This document shows positions 52,833 through 64,000 of a stretch of 64,000 nucleotides of DNA, piece after piece. A program made the translations under genes and the position numbers. Below the pieces are notes generated by a model that was not told the DNA's origin, ran no database searches, and saw only the letters and a program-made list of their open reading frames with translations. Numbering within the stretch: the first letter of the stretch is position 1; every line of letters starts with the position of its first letter. Source of the DNA: Kudoa neothunni (taxonomy: Eukaryota > Animalia > Cnidaria); contig OZ199840.1 of the NCBI GenBank assembly GCA_964304625.1, positions 8,191,744 through 8,255,743 on the forward strand, in the 5' to 3' direction.

Positions 52833-53950
52833 CAGTAGTGTATGGATACAACGCAGAAATTGGGAAGATAAAAACCACTGCGTTGCATCCATTTTCGCGC
52901 TAGACACATTCGAATAGCACATGCGATCGGGAAAAATAGCAGTTTTCAATCGGTAATATAATCAATAATAATTTAATGGGAAGAAAAAATTAACTTGTAT
53001 ACCTTTCATTAATAAAATACCGTTCTATATTTTTTGTTCTGCAAAAATTGTTCAAATATTGAGTCAGAGTCAGCCATTTTAAGTTGGGTTTATATTGTTA
53101 AGCATTGACAAAATTTTAGTTAGAAAGGGTTCTTTAACTTTTTCCCATTAATATAGTTACTCATGGTTTGATATAATAACTTTTTCAATATAATCAGAGT
53201 CGAAATCGGGAAAATCTGGTGTTATCCAAATTTCAGAGGTGTCGACTATGTTGTATTCAAGAGTTTCATCAATAATATTTGTTAAGTCTAATGGTTTCTC
53301 CTCTTCAATCAGCTCATTTAGATCATGTTTAAATTGATCATCATCATCATCATCATCAAGAACACCTTAGCAATCATAATTTAGTGGATTTTCAGGGAAG
53401 AAAATGATTTCCTAAAGCAGTTAACTATGGTTTCCGTTTGAATGTATTCCCATAATTTTATTATCGAATGAATAACGTCATTAGATTTCTTTTGTGCATC
53501 ATTTTAAAACTTTAACAATTCCATGATCCAATGGCTGTAATTGTAACTGTAACTGTAGCTGTAGCTGTAGCTGTAGCTTTAGCACAGTGGTTGTGTTCGA
53601 AGAAAAGTAGCAGTCTTACATTAGACAAATATTTTTGTTGTGGGCTAAGCAATATCCGAGAAACAATAAAAAAAATTTTCCTCTTAAAAATAGTGAGTTG
53701 TTTATTCTATTTTTCAAGAAAAGACAAAAATGGAGCTGGTCATGTAGACCTTTTATTATCGTGCTATTTTATTGAGAAATTTTCCATCGCTTGGAACTTA
53801 GCATCTTTATTATATGATATAAACTCATAAAACCTTATAATTTCGAGTTTTTAGGTAGTGTAAAGTGTTTTTGTTTCGCTAAAATTGACGCTCCATCCAT
53901 TATTTTCTGCCAAGTTCAGATTAAGCGCTGCGTTCGATCCATACAGTAAG
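52833..53950 (-). mobile_element. pogo/Tigger-type transposon, deleted and decayed
   Basis: TA|CAGTAGTGTATGGATACAACGCAG versus the right-end reverse complement TACTGTATGGATCGAACGCAG; remnants RKIFFIV, LSNVRLL, LQPLDHGIVK and WEYIQTETIVNCFRKS, plus an acidic tail. Confidence 0.7.
53534..53577 (+). repeat. (GCTGTA/ACTGTA)n hexamer microsatellite
   Basis: About 7 tandem hexamers, encoding (LQ)7 on the transposase strand. Confidence 0.9.
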
Positions 53951-55759
53951 TTTTCAACACTATTATTTTGTTGAAAACCAATTATTTGGTAACAAATGAT
54001 CTATTTTGTATTGAAATATCAATTTAAATTTGAATTAAACTAAAATTAATTTTTAAAAATTGCGTACGAACACAACACTTCAATATGTGATTGAGAGGTA
54101 TGTTTAGCGTTGCCTAAAAAAGTGTATTTAGAAATGAAGAGGAGGAAGAAGTAACTATAGCAGTGGCTATTAATGACATCAAGATTAAACTTAATGTGCG
54201 GAGAACAGGATTTATGCAAAGCGATCCAGCTGGTTTATTTTATTTATATCCAATAACGGACTGAAGCTTACATTTGGCAAAAAAAACGTTTTACTCAAAC
54301 ATACATTACAAATAATTTTAAAAATGATAAAAATTAATATATATTTCTCATCATAAATTTATTTGTTTCATAGTTAATTTATCATTTTTGTGTAGTTTAA
54401 TTACGCAGTTGATCTAATACACACATTTGTCCACCTGAATTAATACTTTGAAGAATAAATTTCGAGAGAGTACGTTATTTTTGATGGAAATGGTTAACAC
54501 CAATGTAAAATGATATGGCTTTTTATTAAAACCATCTATAAAAGTGAGCATTAATGTATTTTGCGTACAATTAATCCTTGTAAATAGAAATTAATTTTTT
54601 TTCGAGTTTTTAACCACCATTTGAAAACATTTTTAAAATTTGTACCATCCCTTTAGAAATTATAAAAAATGAACAGAAAAAATTGTCTTAAAAGCGAGTA
54701 GATCATATTTGATTTTTAAAGTATATCTTTACGTTCATAGATCAAATTCAATTTTGAAATAGAAATATTGATATTTCTGGTTTACTACAAGAAGTGTTAA
54801 TGGTTATAGTCGATTTGGATTGGTTGTCAATGATTTCGTTTAGACAAATTGTTCGCGTATATATATCACAATATTGAAGCGTTATTTGTTAAAGTCAAAT
54901 CATAAAGTTTAATTTTATTATTAGTAAACAAATGAACGAATAAAACGTAACTTTCTTTCATAACGCCCGCCCAAGTGGGGGGTATTGTGAGGTTTTTTGT
55001 CGGTCCCATAAAACCTCGCTATATCCAGGTTCGAATGTATTAAACTTATTGTATAATCAAAATATTTCCTAAATTCGGATTAACCGGTTTCGTTAGATTT
55101 TAAAGATAAAATATTACAATGCGCAAGGGAAAAATAATTTGACTGTATTTTTACATCGAATCGAACTATTTCAAATATATGTATGAATTAAAATTGTGTG
55201 TTTGAAATTTTTTAAGGTTCAGATAAAGCAGATTTGAGGGATTAAAATTGGTAGCTTATATTAAGGGACTCAAATCATTTCCATCAGAATCAGGGCTCCC
55301 CAAATAAATGTTAACATTTATATTTGATTTACTTTATTTTCAAATATAATCCTAATTATATAATAGGAGATTAAATCAATGTTTGTGATTATATTGTATC
55401 ATAGTTTCACTAAAATATTTGATATAATTTCTCGATTGAATTATGATTACATTTAATTAGATTTAAAATTAAAAATTTAATTAAATCTTGATATTAATAA
55501 CATCTAAATAAATTTAAAAGTCGATTTAAATGTATTAAACTTTAGCCTAAAATAGATCTTAAAATTTCTTAATTATAAAATTAGCTATAGTTTTAAGTAT
55601 ATATCAAATATTTGTTGTTTACAGAATTTTTGGACTTGAAATGATTCTCATTTAAAGAAAATATAATACGTTTCGTTTTAAACAACCTAGCGAAAAAAAT
55701 ATAATTTAATTTCTCAAAAGTATTGTTGATCTTATTTAAATTCAACCAAAATCTATTTA

Positions 55760-55843
55760 CAGTAAACTCTCGATATTTCGTAATTTCTGGGACCAAAAGA
55801 AAAACCGCATTAGCAAGAAATTACGCAATACCGAGACATGTAC
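55760..55843. mobile_element. ~84-bp pogo-type mini-MITE, related to 61495-62208
   Basis: TA|CAGTAAACTCTCGATATTTCGTAATTTC is inverted with GAAATTACGCAATACCGAGACATG, and it shares TTACGCAATA and GGGACC words with the 62170-62208 end. Confidence 0.55.
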
Positions 55844-56084
55844 AGGAGCAAACAATACAAATAATTATTTTATAAAAAATATTCATTGATTATGTGTGGT
55901 TTCCTATTTTTTTGACTATTAGATGTGAATATTGATTACACTAAAATATTTGTTTATTTTTATTTCATCTTTAGTATTTCTTTGAAAACAAATGAATAAT
56001 TTTCGGTTTTTATTGTAAAGCATTTTGAAGATTAAAGGGGTTAAAATCAATTATTAAGTTACACAGTATTGTGAGTTCATTGTA

Positions 56085-56354
56085 TCTATGTATATAAAAC
56101 CTTCCGTCGGTCTGTTAGTATCCGTGGTGTACAAAGCTTGGGTTTAATCTACCAAACTTGGGTTCTTGGTATTTTTTTTCATTTACATAAAAAACTAAGG
56201 CTGTATTGAAAAATTAGGTTATATTAGGAATTGATAAAATGTAAAATTAAAAGACGTACGATATATTCATGTTTTTATTATTACGCCGAATTATGAAGTG
56301 TATAATTCTTTGAATTCGTCTCACATTCGTGGACGCAGCAGGTTTTCTCCCTAG
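56085..56354 (+). mobile_element. Helitron-like non-autonomous element
   Basis: Inserted between A and T, starts TC (TCTATGTATATAAAA), ends CTAG after a GC-rich 3' segment, and has no target duplication. Confidence 0.45.
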
Positions 56355-56994
56355 TGATGCCCCTCTACAGCACTTCCAGTATTAGTTATTGACTTCTTTT
56401 GGATGTATTTAATATTTTATCTGAATTAATTATTAACTTAACTATTATACCGCATTAGTCTGCACTTTCTCTCTAATAAGCGTCATAAATATAAGGTATA
56501 CCAACTCATTAAAAGTGGAACCAATGAAATGCATATAACTTTTAGCTTACAGCTTACAGAGCGGTTAATTAGACTAAATAATAATAATAATATGTGAATT
56601 ACATGAAAATAATACAAAGAATATTCAAAGTGGGCGATGATTAATATATTATGTAAAGTATAAAAAATTTTATAATATTTGTTGATTATTGATTTTTTCA
56701 AAAAATCTCATTAAAGAGTGGGATTCAATTTTATTTTCGCGAGCGCATCTAAATATTGCAAAAATAAAATCTGCATGTAATAAAATCACGTGACAGGTTG
56801 ATTTAATTTTATCTCGCGGAGATTTTATAGAAAATTGTAATATTTCAAGAACGAATCAAAGACGTAAAATCTGAGCAGAAATTCATTTAGTCAATTATTG
56901 CAAAAAAGAAAAAAAGTCAATATAATAAAAATAAAATGCTCTACTAATATGATACATTTTTAATATTCACAAATAAAGTGTCTAGACCTATTTT

Positions 56995-57657
56995 CTACTT
57001 GTTGGGTTTGCGTTTGCGTTGTTTTTTGGCATTATCAATCTTTTTAACATTCTTTCTCGCTTGTTTTAATATCTCTTGTTTCGCCTATATTCCAACACAT
57101 TAAAAACTATTACCAACAACTTTTTTTACTACCTTGAAAAATTGTTGTTGATAATTGTCCAGATATTCTTCATCTGGCGCTTGGCATTCGCTAATTTTGC
57201 CCTCAAGTATCTTTTTTAGGTTGTTTTGGCTCCCTAAAAGATTCACAAAGATTCACAAAGATTCACAAAGATCCACAAAGATCCACAAAAATTCACAATA
57301 ACATTAAAAATATATTAGTTATGAGTAAACTTTAAATGCTACCCTTTAAACCATATTTTATTCGTTCTATGTTGCATTCTTCATTACTACATGCAACTAA
57401 TGGAAACATATGATTCTTTTTATCCGAGTTAATTTCAATATCGACATAATTCAACCCTAACAGTTTATTAAGTTCCTCAATATTGAGGTTTAATTGGAGT
57501 GGTAGTTTTGGCCCCTCTGTTTCGACACCCTTCTCATTTTCTTGGATGAAACGAAACTAATCAATTTTATTCCATTAATGAATACATAAAATACAGTGGA
57601 TTCAGTAGAGAATAAATTTTTTAAATTATCAGAGTTATTGTTAGCCCCACTCTCCAT
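56995..57657 (-). CDS. Hypothetical ~150 aa protein with a Lys/Arg-rich C-terminus, 5 exons
   Basis: Spliced MESGANNNSDNLKNLFSTEST/FRFIQENEKG...KKNHI/NEECNIERIKYGLKG/SQNNLKK...FFK/AKQEILKQARKNVKKIDNAKKQRKRKPNK*, with phases consistent across four introns. Confidence 0.6.
57237..57298 (+). repeat. Intronic 10-bp minisatellite (AAAGATTCAC) x ~6
   Basis: Direct tandem repeats with two ATCC variants. Confidence 0.9.
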
Positions 57658-58962
57658 TACCCCTTATGTACGCATGCGCACACAAACACAGAAGTGAGAG
57701 GGGTAGTACGTACTTTTGCTTGTTCATATAGAATTTACTACTTGTTGAACACATTACTTAGGTTGACGTTTATAAACTTAATTTGGTTTTTACATTTGAA
57801 AAATAATTTCCAGATAAAAAATCAATAAAATATTGTAATTTAAACGCATTGTTGGGTAATACACACCATTTTCCCTGAAATCAACTTTAAAATTGCGCAC
57901 AGATACAATTAGATTTTTATAATAAAAAAATATAATAAAATATTTGAAGTTAATATAAAAAATTGTTGTTATATTCATATTAATTTTAAATAATAACCCA
58001 TCCACGAAATTACATATTATATAATTATATGAAAATGGAACTGTAAATATTAAACAACTGAACAAACGATGAATCCGACCAAAAATCTGCGAACGGATTA
58101 CTTGCTTGAATAAGGTCAAATATTTCAGAGTTATTCCTCATAGGAAATTATTTTTAAACGTAATAAAATTGTGTAGAAAATTATGTAAAACGTCATGATG
58201 TTAGTTATGATTGGTTTTAAGGTTGTAAGGAACAGTTTAATGTGCGTAGGTTAAACCTTTATAGTGATTCGATAATCGGTGGTGAATGTAGCCCTAAAAA
58301 TAACTCTGAAAATTTAAACTCGACACAATATTGAAATTTAACTAAGACAAATCATGATTCAATTTTGTTGCAATTTTCTATACAGGAAATATTAAAAGTA
58401 GAGAATGAAATCTTTTTGGCTGAGCAGGACGATTTTCACCCACCTAAAAAAATATTACATATCGAAAAAAGAGGATGAACAAATAACTAAATTTTCCAGT
58501 TATACAAAAGACATTAGTACATCCTATTTACAAAATGTCGATTAATAAATATCTCAATTGTATAGAAGGATTTAAAACAAAAAATGGTTCTATTTATTTC
58601 TAAAAGTACACTTAGAACTCAAATGAAGATTTGTATTACGTCTACATTGAGAGTAACACACCAGTTAAATTAATAGATCTTCTCTAAAGTAAATTATTAC
58701 AATAATAATAAAAAATTAATTGAATTTTGAATATACACATGCGTTCCAAAAATGCATATTACCCTTCACCTATTGTATAATTAACTTTATTTTATTAACA
58801 TGCCTTTGTTGGCAACTAAAATTATAGTATTTATTTTTTTAAAAATCACTCCTGCCAAACAATAAAAATATGTGAATAATGCGCACGCAGATACAATTAC
58901 ATTAAAGGTACCTGCATTTTTGCATTCGAGGAAATTTAAACGTTGTATTCATACCTGGAATA

Positions 58963-61333
58963 ATGTTCACAAATATCAAAGAATCAACGAGAGACGACTC
59001 GACCGGAGAGCTGTTGAAAAAACCTGCATTTTTAAATAAAACTGCTCGAAAATGGGTTCATGCTCCGATATATCAACAATGTCCTGAAAAGGCCCCGAAT
59101 TTAAATCACTGGATCCCATTAAATCGATTGAATGAGAATCATTACCCCTTTTCAAAGCTTGATAAAGTAATCCATAATTTTCACCGTTGTTGTGTAATGT
59201 GGATGATTTCAGCATGTTGAAATAGTGGAGTTTGATAGAAAACAGTACGATGTAAATTATATTAATTTTTCAATTTGAAATCATTTAAATATTGTAAAAT
59301 AATCTCATAATAGGAGTTTAACTTGGGCGTTCATGACTGGACTTATTACGAAACTGAATTACTAATGAAAATGTGCAAGTATACCACATAATTAATTATA
59401 ATTATTTAATTAATTAATTAACTAATACTGTATTATTATGTATATTTTTGTTAGGAAATATGAGCTTAAATTTTTTTGTCGTTCAAGATCGATACAATGA
59501 AGCAATTGCTCAAAATGGGGAATACAAAGTTTATTGGCTCATTTTTACTATTGTATTTATCCAGTCAACTAAAAAATAGCTGAGAAATGTCGAAGAATTA
59601 AAACACAGGTTTTATTATGTGGATAGAATTGTTAGAAAGGTAGTATTCTATTGCGCCAATTAGCCTTGATAATGGTGTGACTAATCCGGATTAGGAAATC
59701 AAAATGGAACCAGAAGACCAGCTTCCTCCAGCATACGATATTCATCACGAAACACAACGAAAACTTCTACTCCAACAATACTACTATAGAACTGTGGAAG
59801 AAGTAAGTGTGATTGATGTGTATTACGTTTGTTTTTTTAATCTCTTAATTGGCCAATCATAAAATACTATTGTTTTATTGTAAATATTCAATTACTTAAT
59901 TATTATAATAATATAAAATATTTAATTATAATATAAAATATTATTTTATTTAATAAATTTTTTAGATTGCCGAAGAAGCTTTTCTAACGAATGAACTTAA
60001 AAAAATCCAATCCAAACAAAAAGAAATGGATAAAGTTAGATTCGATACAAACGATTTGCTACTCTTGGCGGATGAATATATTCGAAATAAATCTCTAGGT
60101 ATGTTGGAATAAAAAAATATCCTGATTCACGTTGATTTAACAAAATGTTAATAATGTTAAATTAGAAAAAGACAAACCCATTTCGAAATCAACCAAAGCT
60201 AGTACTTCAGCTTCTGCACAGAAATCGTCTGGATCAACAACAGCTGGTCGTGAAGGATACAATGATGATAAACATTATGGTGATAATTTCAACCCACGCT
60301 CAAGCGCATCCGGTACTAGCAGAAAAAGAATATCTGCTGGTTCGTCGTCGATAAGAAAGTTGTTTGGTTGAAATGTTGTTTTTGTTGGATAAACAATTTT
60401 GGTAGGAAAAAACAAAAATCAACACCAACGTCGACCAATCAACCCCCTCCCCAAGTCTAACGTCACTGTGCCAAGTCAACCCGCTCCAACCAACACCACC
60501 AATACTGCTTCCAATGCTAATACTAAATCCGGTGGCATTGGTAGCAGGACTCGTATTGTTGAACCCTTCAGAAACGCCGGTGTTCATATGCGTAGTCAAA
60601 AAGTAGTTTTATTTGGTGTGCGAAATTTTTATTTCTATCAATCGACTCATCGTAGATGATTGTCACCCATAATATCGGTATGAAACGAGTTAAAATGCTC
60701 GAACAAGTGTGTATCGACCTTGGATTGGGTAAATAGATAATTGATTGGGCGGTTTTCGAATTCTTTGTTAAAACTGAGTTCACTTCTTATTCAGAGAATT
60801 ATCCACCTCCCACAGAAGAAATTTATGGAATGCTTGTCGAATTGAGATCTCTTATTCTGACATTATTCGACCTCAAACATGTTCTTGGAGTTACTCTCTA
60901 TGACAATCATATGCTTCGGTATATATACTGCTTTTTGCTGTTGAATCAATGACAAACAACTATTATTTTAGCAACAAACACCATCCAGATGGGAACAAAG
61001 AGATCAGTGATCCATCTATAACTGCGGCTGATTTGTCCTCCCCCGCCGTCCCTGCTGGAGGTATTTATCTTAATAGTTGAAAAGTAATATGCACCATTTT
61101 TCAATGTGTCCTCTATTAGAAAACAACGAAATCCCTTTACCAGAAACTGATGTATGTTTTGTAGTTTATTACGCGTTTGGTTAGTTACGATAATTTAGAA
61201 ATCATTTTCAAATATTCTCGATTCTATGGTAGCCACAGCAGTAAACTACCAAGTGAGTTTGGTGTAATGTTGCGATAAATCTGATTTCTGTTGATAGAGA
61301 AAACGAAAAAGCTCGTCCAACAAATGGGTGTAG
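58963..61333 (+). CDS. DMAP1: DNA methyltransferase 1-associated protein 1 (Eaf2/Swc4; NuA4/SWR1 subunit), multi-exon
   Basis: RKWVHAP...NHW...HYPFSKLDK; SANT domain DWTYYETELLMKMCK/KYELKFFVVQDRY, RNVEELKHRFY; YDIHHETQRK; RTVEE/IAEEAFL; AGVHMRSQK; PPTEEIYGMLVELRS; terminal RKRKSSSNKWV*. Start uncertain. Confidence 0.88.
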
Positions 61334-61494
61334 TTTCTTTATGTTTATTGATTGATTCATTCGTTTATAATAATCATATTGTATAATTCATTTTCATATT
61401 CGTTGTTATTATTAATAATAATTATTATTATTATTATTATTCCTATAAGTTAAGTTAAGTTAGTTAGTTGCGTTTTTCCTTTTTTCGGAGGGGT

Positions 61495-62208
61495 TGTGAC
61501 TCGATACTGCGTAATTTAGTTTTATTTGCATTATGTGCGTTAATTCACTAAATAAAACATAAACATCATATTCAGTATAATTGAATGGATAATTATATGA
61601 AAAAACAAAAATTTTGAACAAGCAGATATAAAGCAAATTAGGAAAAACCTTGCGTAACTCATTTTTTTTGATTGTAATCCCTTTAATCTGATGTATGCAC
61701 TATAAAAAGTCGTTGCAAATTTTCAAATAACTAATGAAGATATAATAAAAATAATTGATTTTTATTGTAAAATTATCGAGGTAAAACTTTAAAGTAATTA
61801 ATAGAAAATTTTAATATTCATATGTGTAGATAATAATGTGTAATGATGTTATTTTGCTGGAAGAAAATGAAATTATACATTTAAATTGAGATAATCAAGG
61901 TAAATTTACTGTTTGAAGTGAAGATCCTGATCTCATACACAACGATGAAATCGTTACAACGTTTCAAGTATAAAATCTTATAAATCCGCGAATAAACGTG
62001 TCATTGAGAATCCTATTGAATTTTTGTCTGTACACCAATTTATGGATGCCTTACGCGAAATTATCAATAAATGAATAAAAAATTATAAAGTAGATGAGTT
62101 ATTTTGTAAGAAATGTTAAATTAGATATTATCGTGTGTGTGTAGATGATTCAATATTACGTGATTACTCTCTGGTCCCAAAATGTTACGCAATATCAAGA
62201 CATGACTG
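61495..62208. mobile_element. pogo/Tigger-type MITE
   Basis: Left TGACTCGATACTGCGTAA versus the right-end reverse complement CAGTCATGTCTTGATATTGCGTAA; ends ...ACTG|TA. Confidence 0.5.
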
Positions 62209-63199
62209 TATTTCCAACCTATCTACTTTTTTTTAAGTCTAGAATCAACATTTATTTTAAAGATATTAGTTGCATTAAAAGTATGAGCGAAATTTTTTAA
62301 AGTGTTTTCAATATAAAAGTTAATTTTTTCGAGCATTTTTGGGGTTCATCGGAACCGCACACGAATACCAAGAATATTTTGCAGATTGTCTATTGTTTAG
62401 AATAGTAATTCTACTAAGACATTTAATGAATTTTATAATTATTTTGTAATAATTTGGAATTTCATTGTATACGTGATTCTATCTCAATTTTATACACTTA
62501 GAATTTTAGGTGGTATAATTGAGCCGTGAGTTTTTTCTCATAAAATAAGTTATAAATTCGTGAAAATAAAAATACAGAATTTTTTAGACTTTTTTTATCG
62601 TTGGAATGTTTTAGAAAATTACATTTTGTATGTTTCCGCGAGTGTACGATTTCATCCGATTGTATCTTCCTTGAGAAATGGATGAGTTTATTATTACAAA
62701 TTAATTTAACTTTAGACGAATTTCAGATGAATATTTATCTACCACTTAATTTTATGAGGATTTTTATTAAAATGATGTCCAAAAAAACCACAAAATATAA
62801 AATAGAAATATTGACAAACAGCCGGACGTAACTGCACATAAAAAATTCTTGACTTTGTAATATTGGTTATTTTTTATTTTATTTTTCAATGATGAATTTT
62901 ATCAAAACGTCATTATAGTTTATAAATACTAAAAAATATGGGGCTTTCCATTATGATGAAAAATACCAAGATATTTGAATTTAAAGAGTATATTTTTATT
63001 TGAATTTATATGTATATATTAAAATGTGAACTGGAATCGCTCAAAAAATTATGGAGTGTTGATAAAATTTTGGTAGAATGTATGAGATTTTCCGAAGAAA
63101 TATGCCATTAATTGTTTCGTGTTTAATTTTCATGTAAATATTAAATGAACACGAAAAATTTTGTAAATCCATGACGTTCTATTTTTAATATTTTATTCA

Positions 63200-64000
63200 A
63201 GATAGTTTTAAAATGTTAATAATCTTCATCTAATTACAAAAATTTTAATGAGAGCAATTTTTATTAAAAAAAGAATTTATTTTTATGATTATGAGACCAG
63301 AGAAATGCGTAATGATAGAGACAAGTTCTGTTACATTAGGGTTGCTCTTTAAAAATGGATAAATAATTGACCTATGTGCCTAATGCCCCATTATGAATTC
63401 AGTGTTGATGAGCAACTAATTGCATTTTGAGGTAGACGTTCATTTAAACAGTATTTGCCCTCGAAACCAACTGATTAAGACATATAATTTTTTAACATAT
63501 AAACTTATGAGCTCTACGCATAATAACCTGTTTACATTATGCTAAACCAAAAAGCCTTAAAAGCAAAAAATTATCGAAGAAAATGTTGTTTCAAAGTTAT
63601 GCTCTTATTCAAGAGAAAGCTGAAAATATTGTCTATAGAGTTATTTTACAACAATTTCATCGAAGCAAAAGTTCTTGGTCCTAGTTGAACATTATTAGGA
63701 GCACTTCGACATACTAAAATGGACATCCCGCTCATATTAAATCCCAGAAAATCAGGAATGGGGGTTTCCTCTCTTTGTATTCAACTGCAAAAATGTGTTA
63801 TCATATGTAATGTAAAAGAATAAAGCTATTATTTTATTGGCTGCTCCTTAAAAAACACAAATATTACGGATGACAAAACAAACAAACAAACAAACCTGAG
63901 GTTGTAGTGAACTATAGTAAATTCAAAGGTGGGGGGGAGACGATATATCGTATATTGTACTGACAAGTGTGAAGAGATATACTAAAAGATGACCAACGGT
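63200..64000 (+). mobile_element. Decayed piggyBac (PGBD4-like) transposase, running off the right edge
   Basis: Fragments SVDEQLIAF*GRRSFKQYLPSKP, LLGALRH and KPEVVVNYSKFKGG with multiple stops. Confidence 0.75.

Noticed and set aside
57237-57298. CRISPR-like array
   Set aside because: These are contiguous 10-bp tandem repeats without spacers inside a eukaryotic intron, with no cas genes.
1-64000. Alternative genetic code or stop-codon reassignment as the cause of fragmented ORFs
   Set aside because: Breaks in the conserved genes are explained by GT-AG micro-introns. TGA and TAG terminate well-supported genes, and no conserved exon needs an in-frame stop read as sense.

Overview
Very AT-rich eukaryotic genomic DNA using the standard genetic code. 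Most introns are tiny (~40-70 nt, GT-AG), with a few 0.3-1.1 kb ones, and the proteins are highly divergent. This suggests a reduced, fast-evolving parasitic animal such as a myxozoan (inference, not proven). Manual splicing recovers about 13 genes: NSE4, NCKAP1 (Nap1/Hem), TRAPPC5, TMED2, cytosolic IleRS, an AUR1-type inositol-phosphorylceramide-synthase-like gene, a Rho GTPase, TMEM198, DMAP1 and several orphans. They are interspersed with decayed DNA transposons (several piggyBac elements, hAT, IS630-Tc1, pogo/Tigger, Merlin, a Helitron-like element, a long-TIR element). The most notable observations are: (1) an intron-containing, motif-intact fungal-type AUR1/IPC synthase homologue among animal-type genes; (2) extremely tight gene junctions in an otherwise transposon-littered region, namely an orphan gene stop about 30 nt from the NCKAP1 ATG and head-to-head TRAPPC5/TMED2 start codons 57 nt apart; (3) micro-intron donor sites that mostly lack the +5G. 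Exon models were built by eye, so internal boundaries and several gene ends are approximate.
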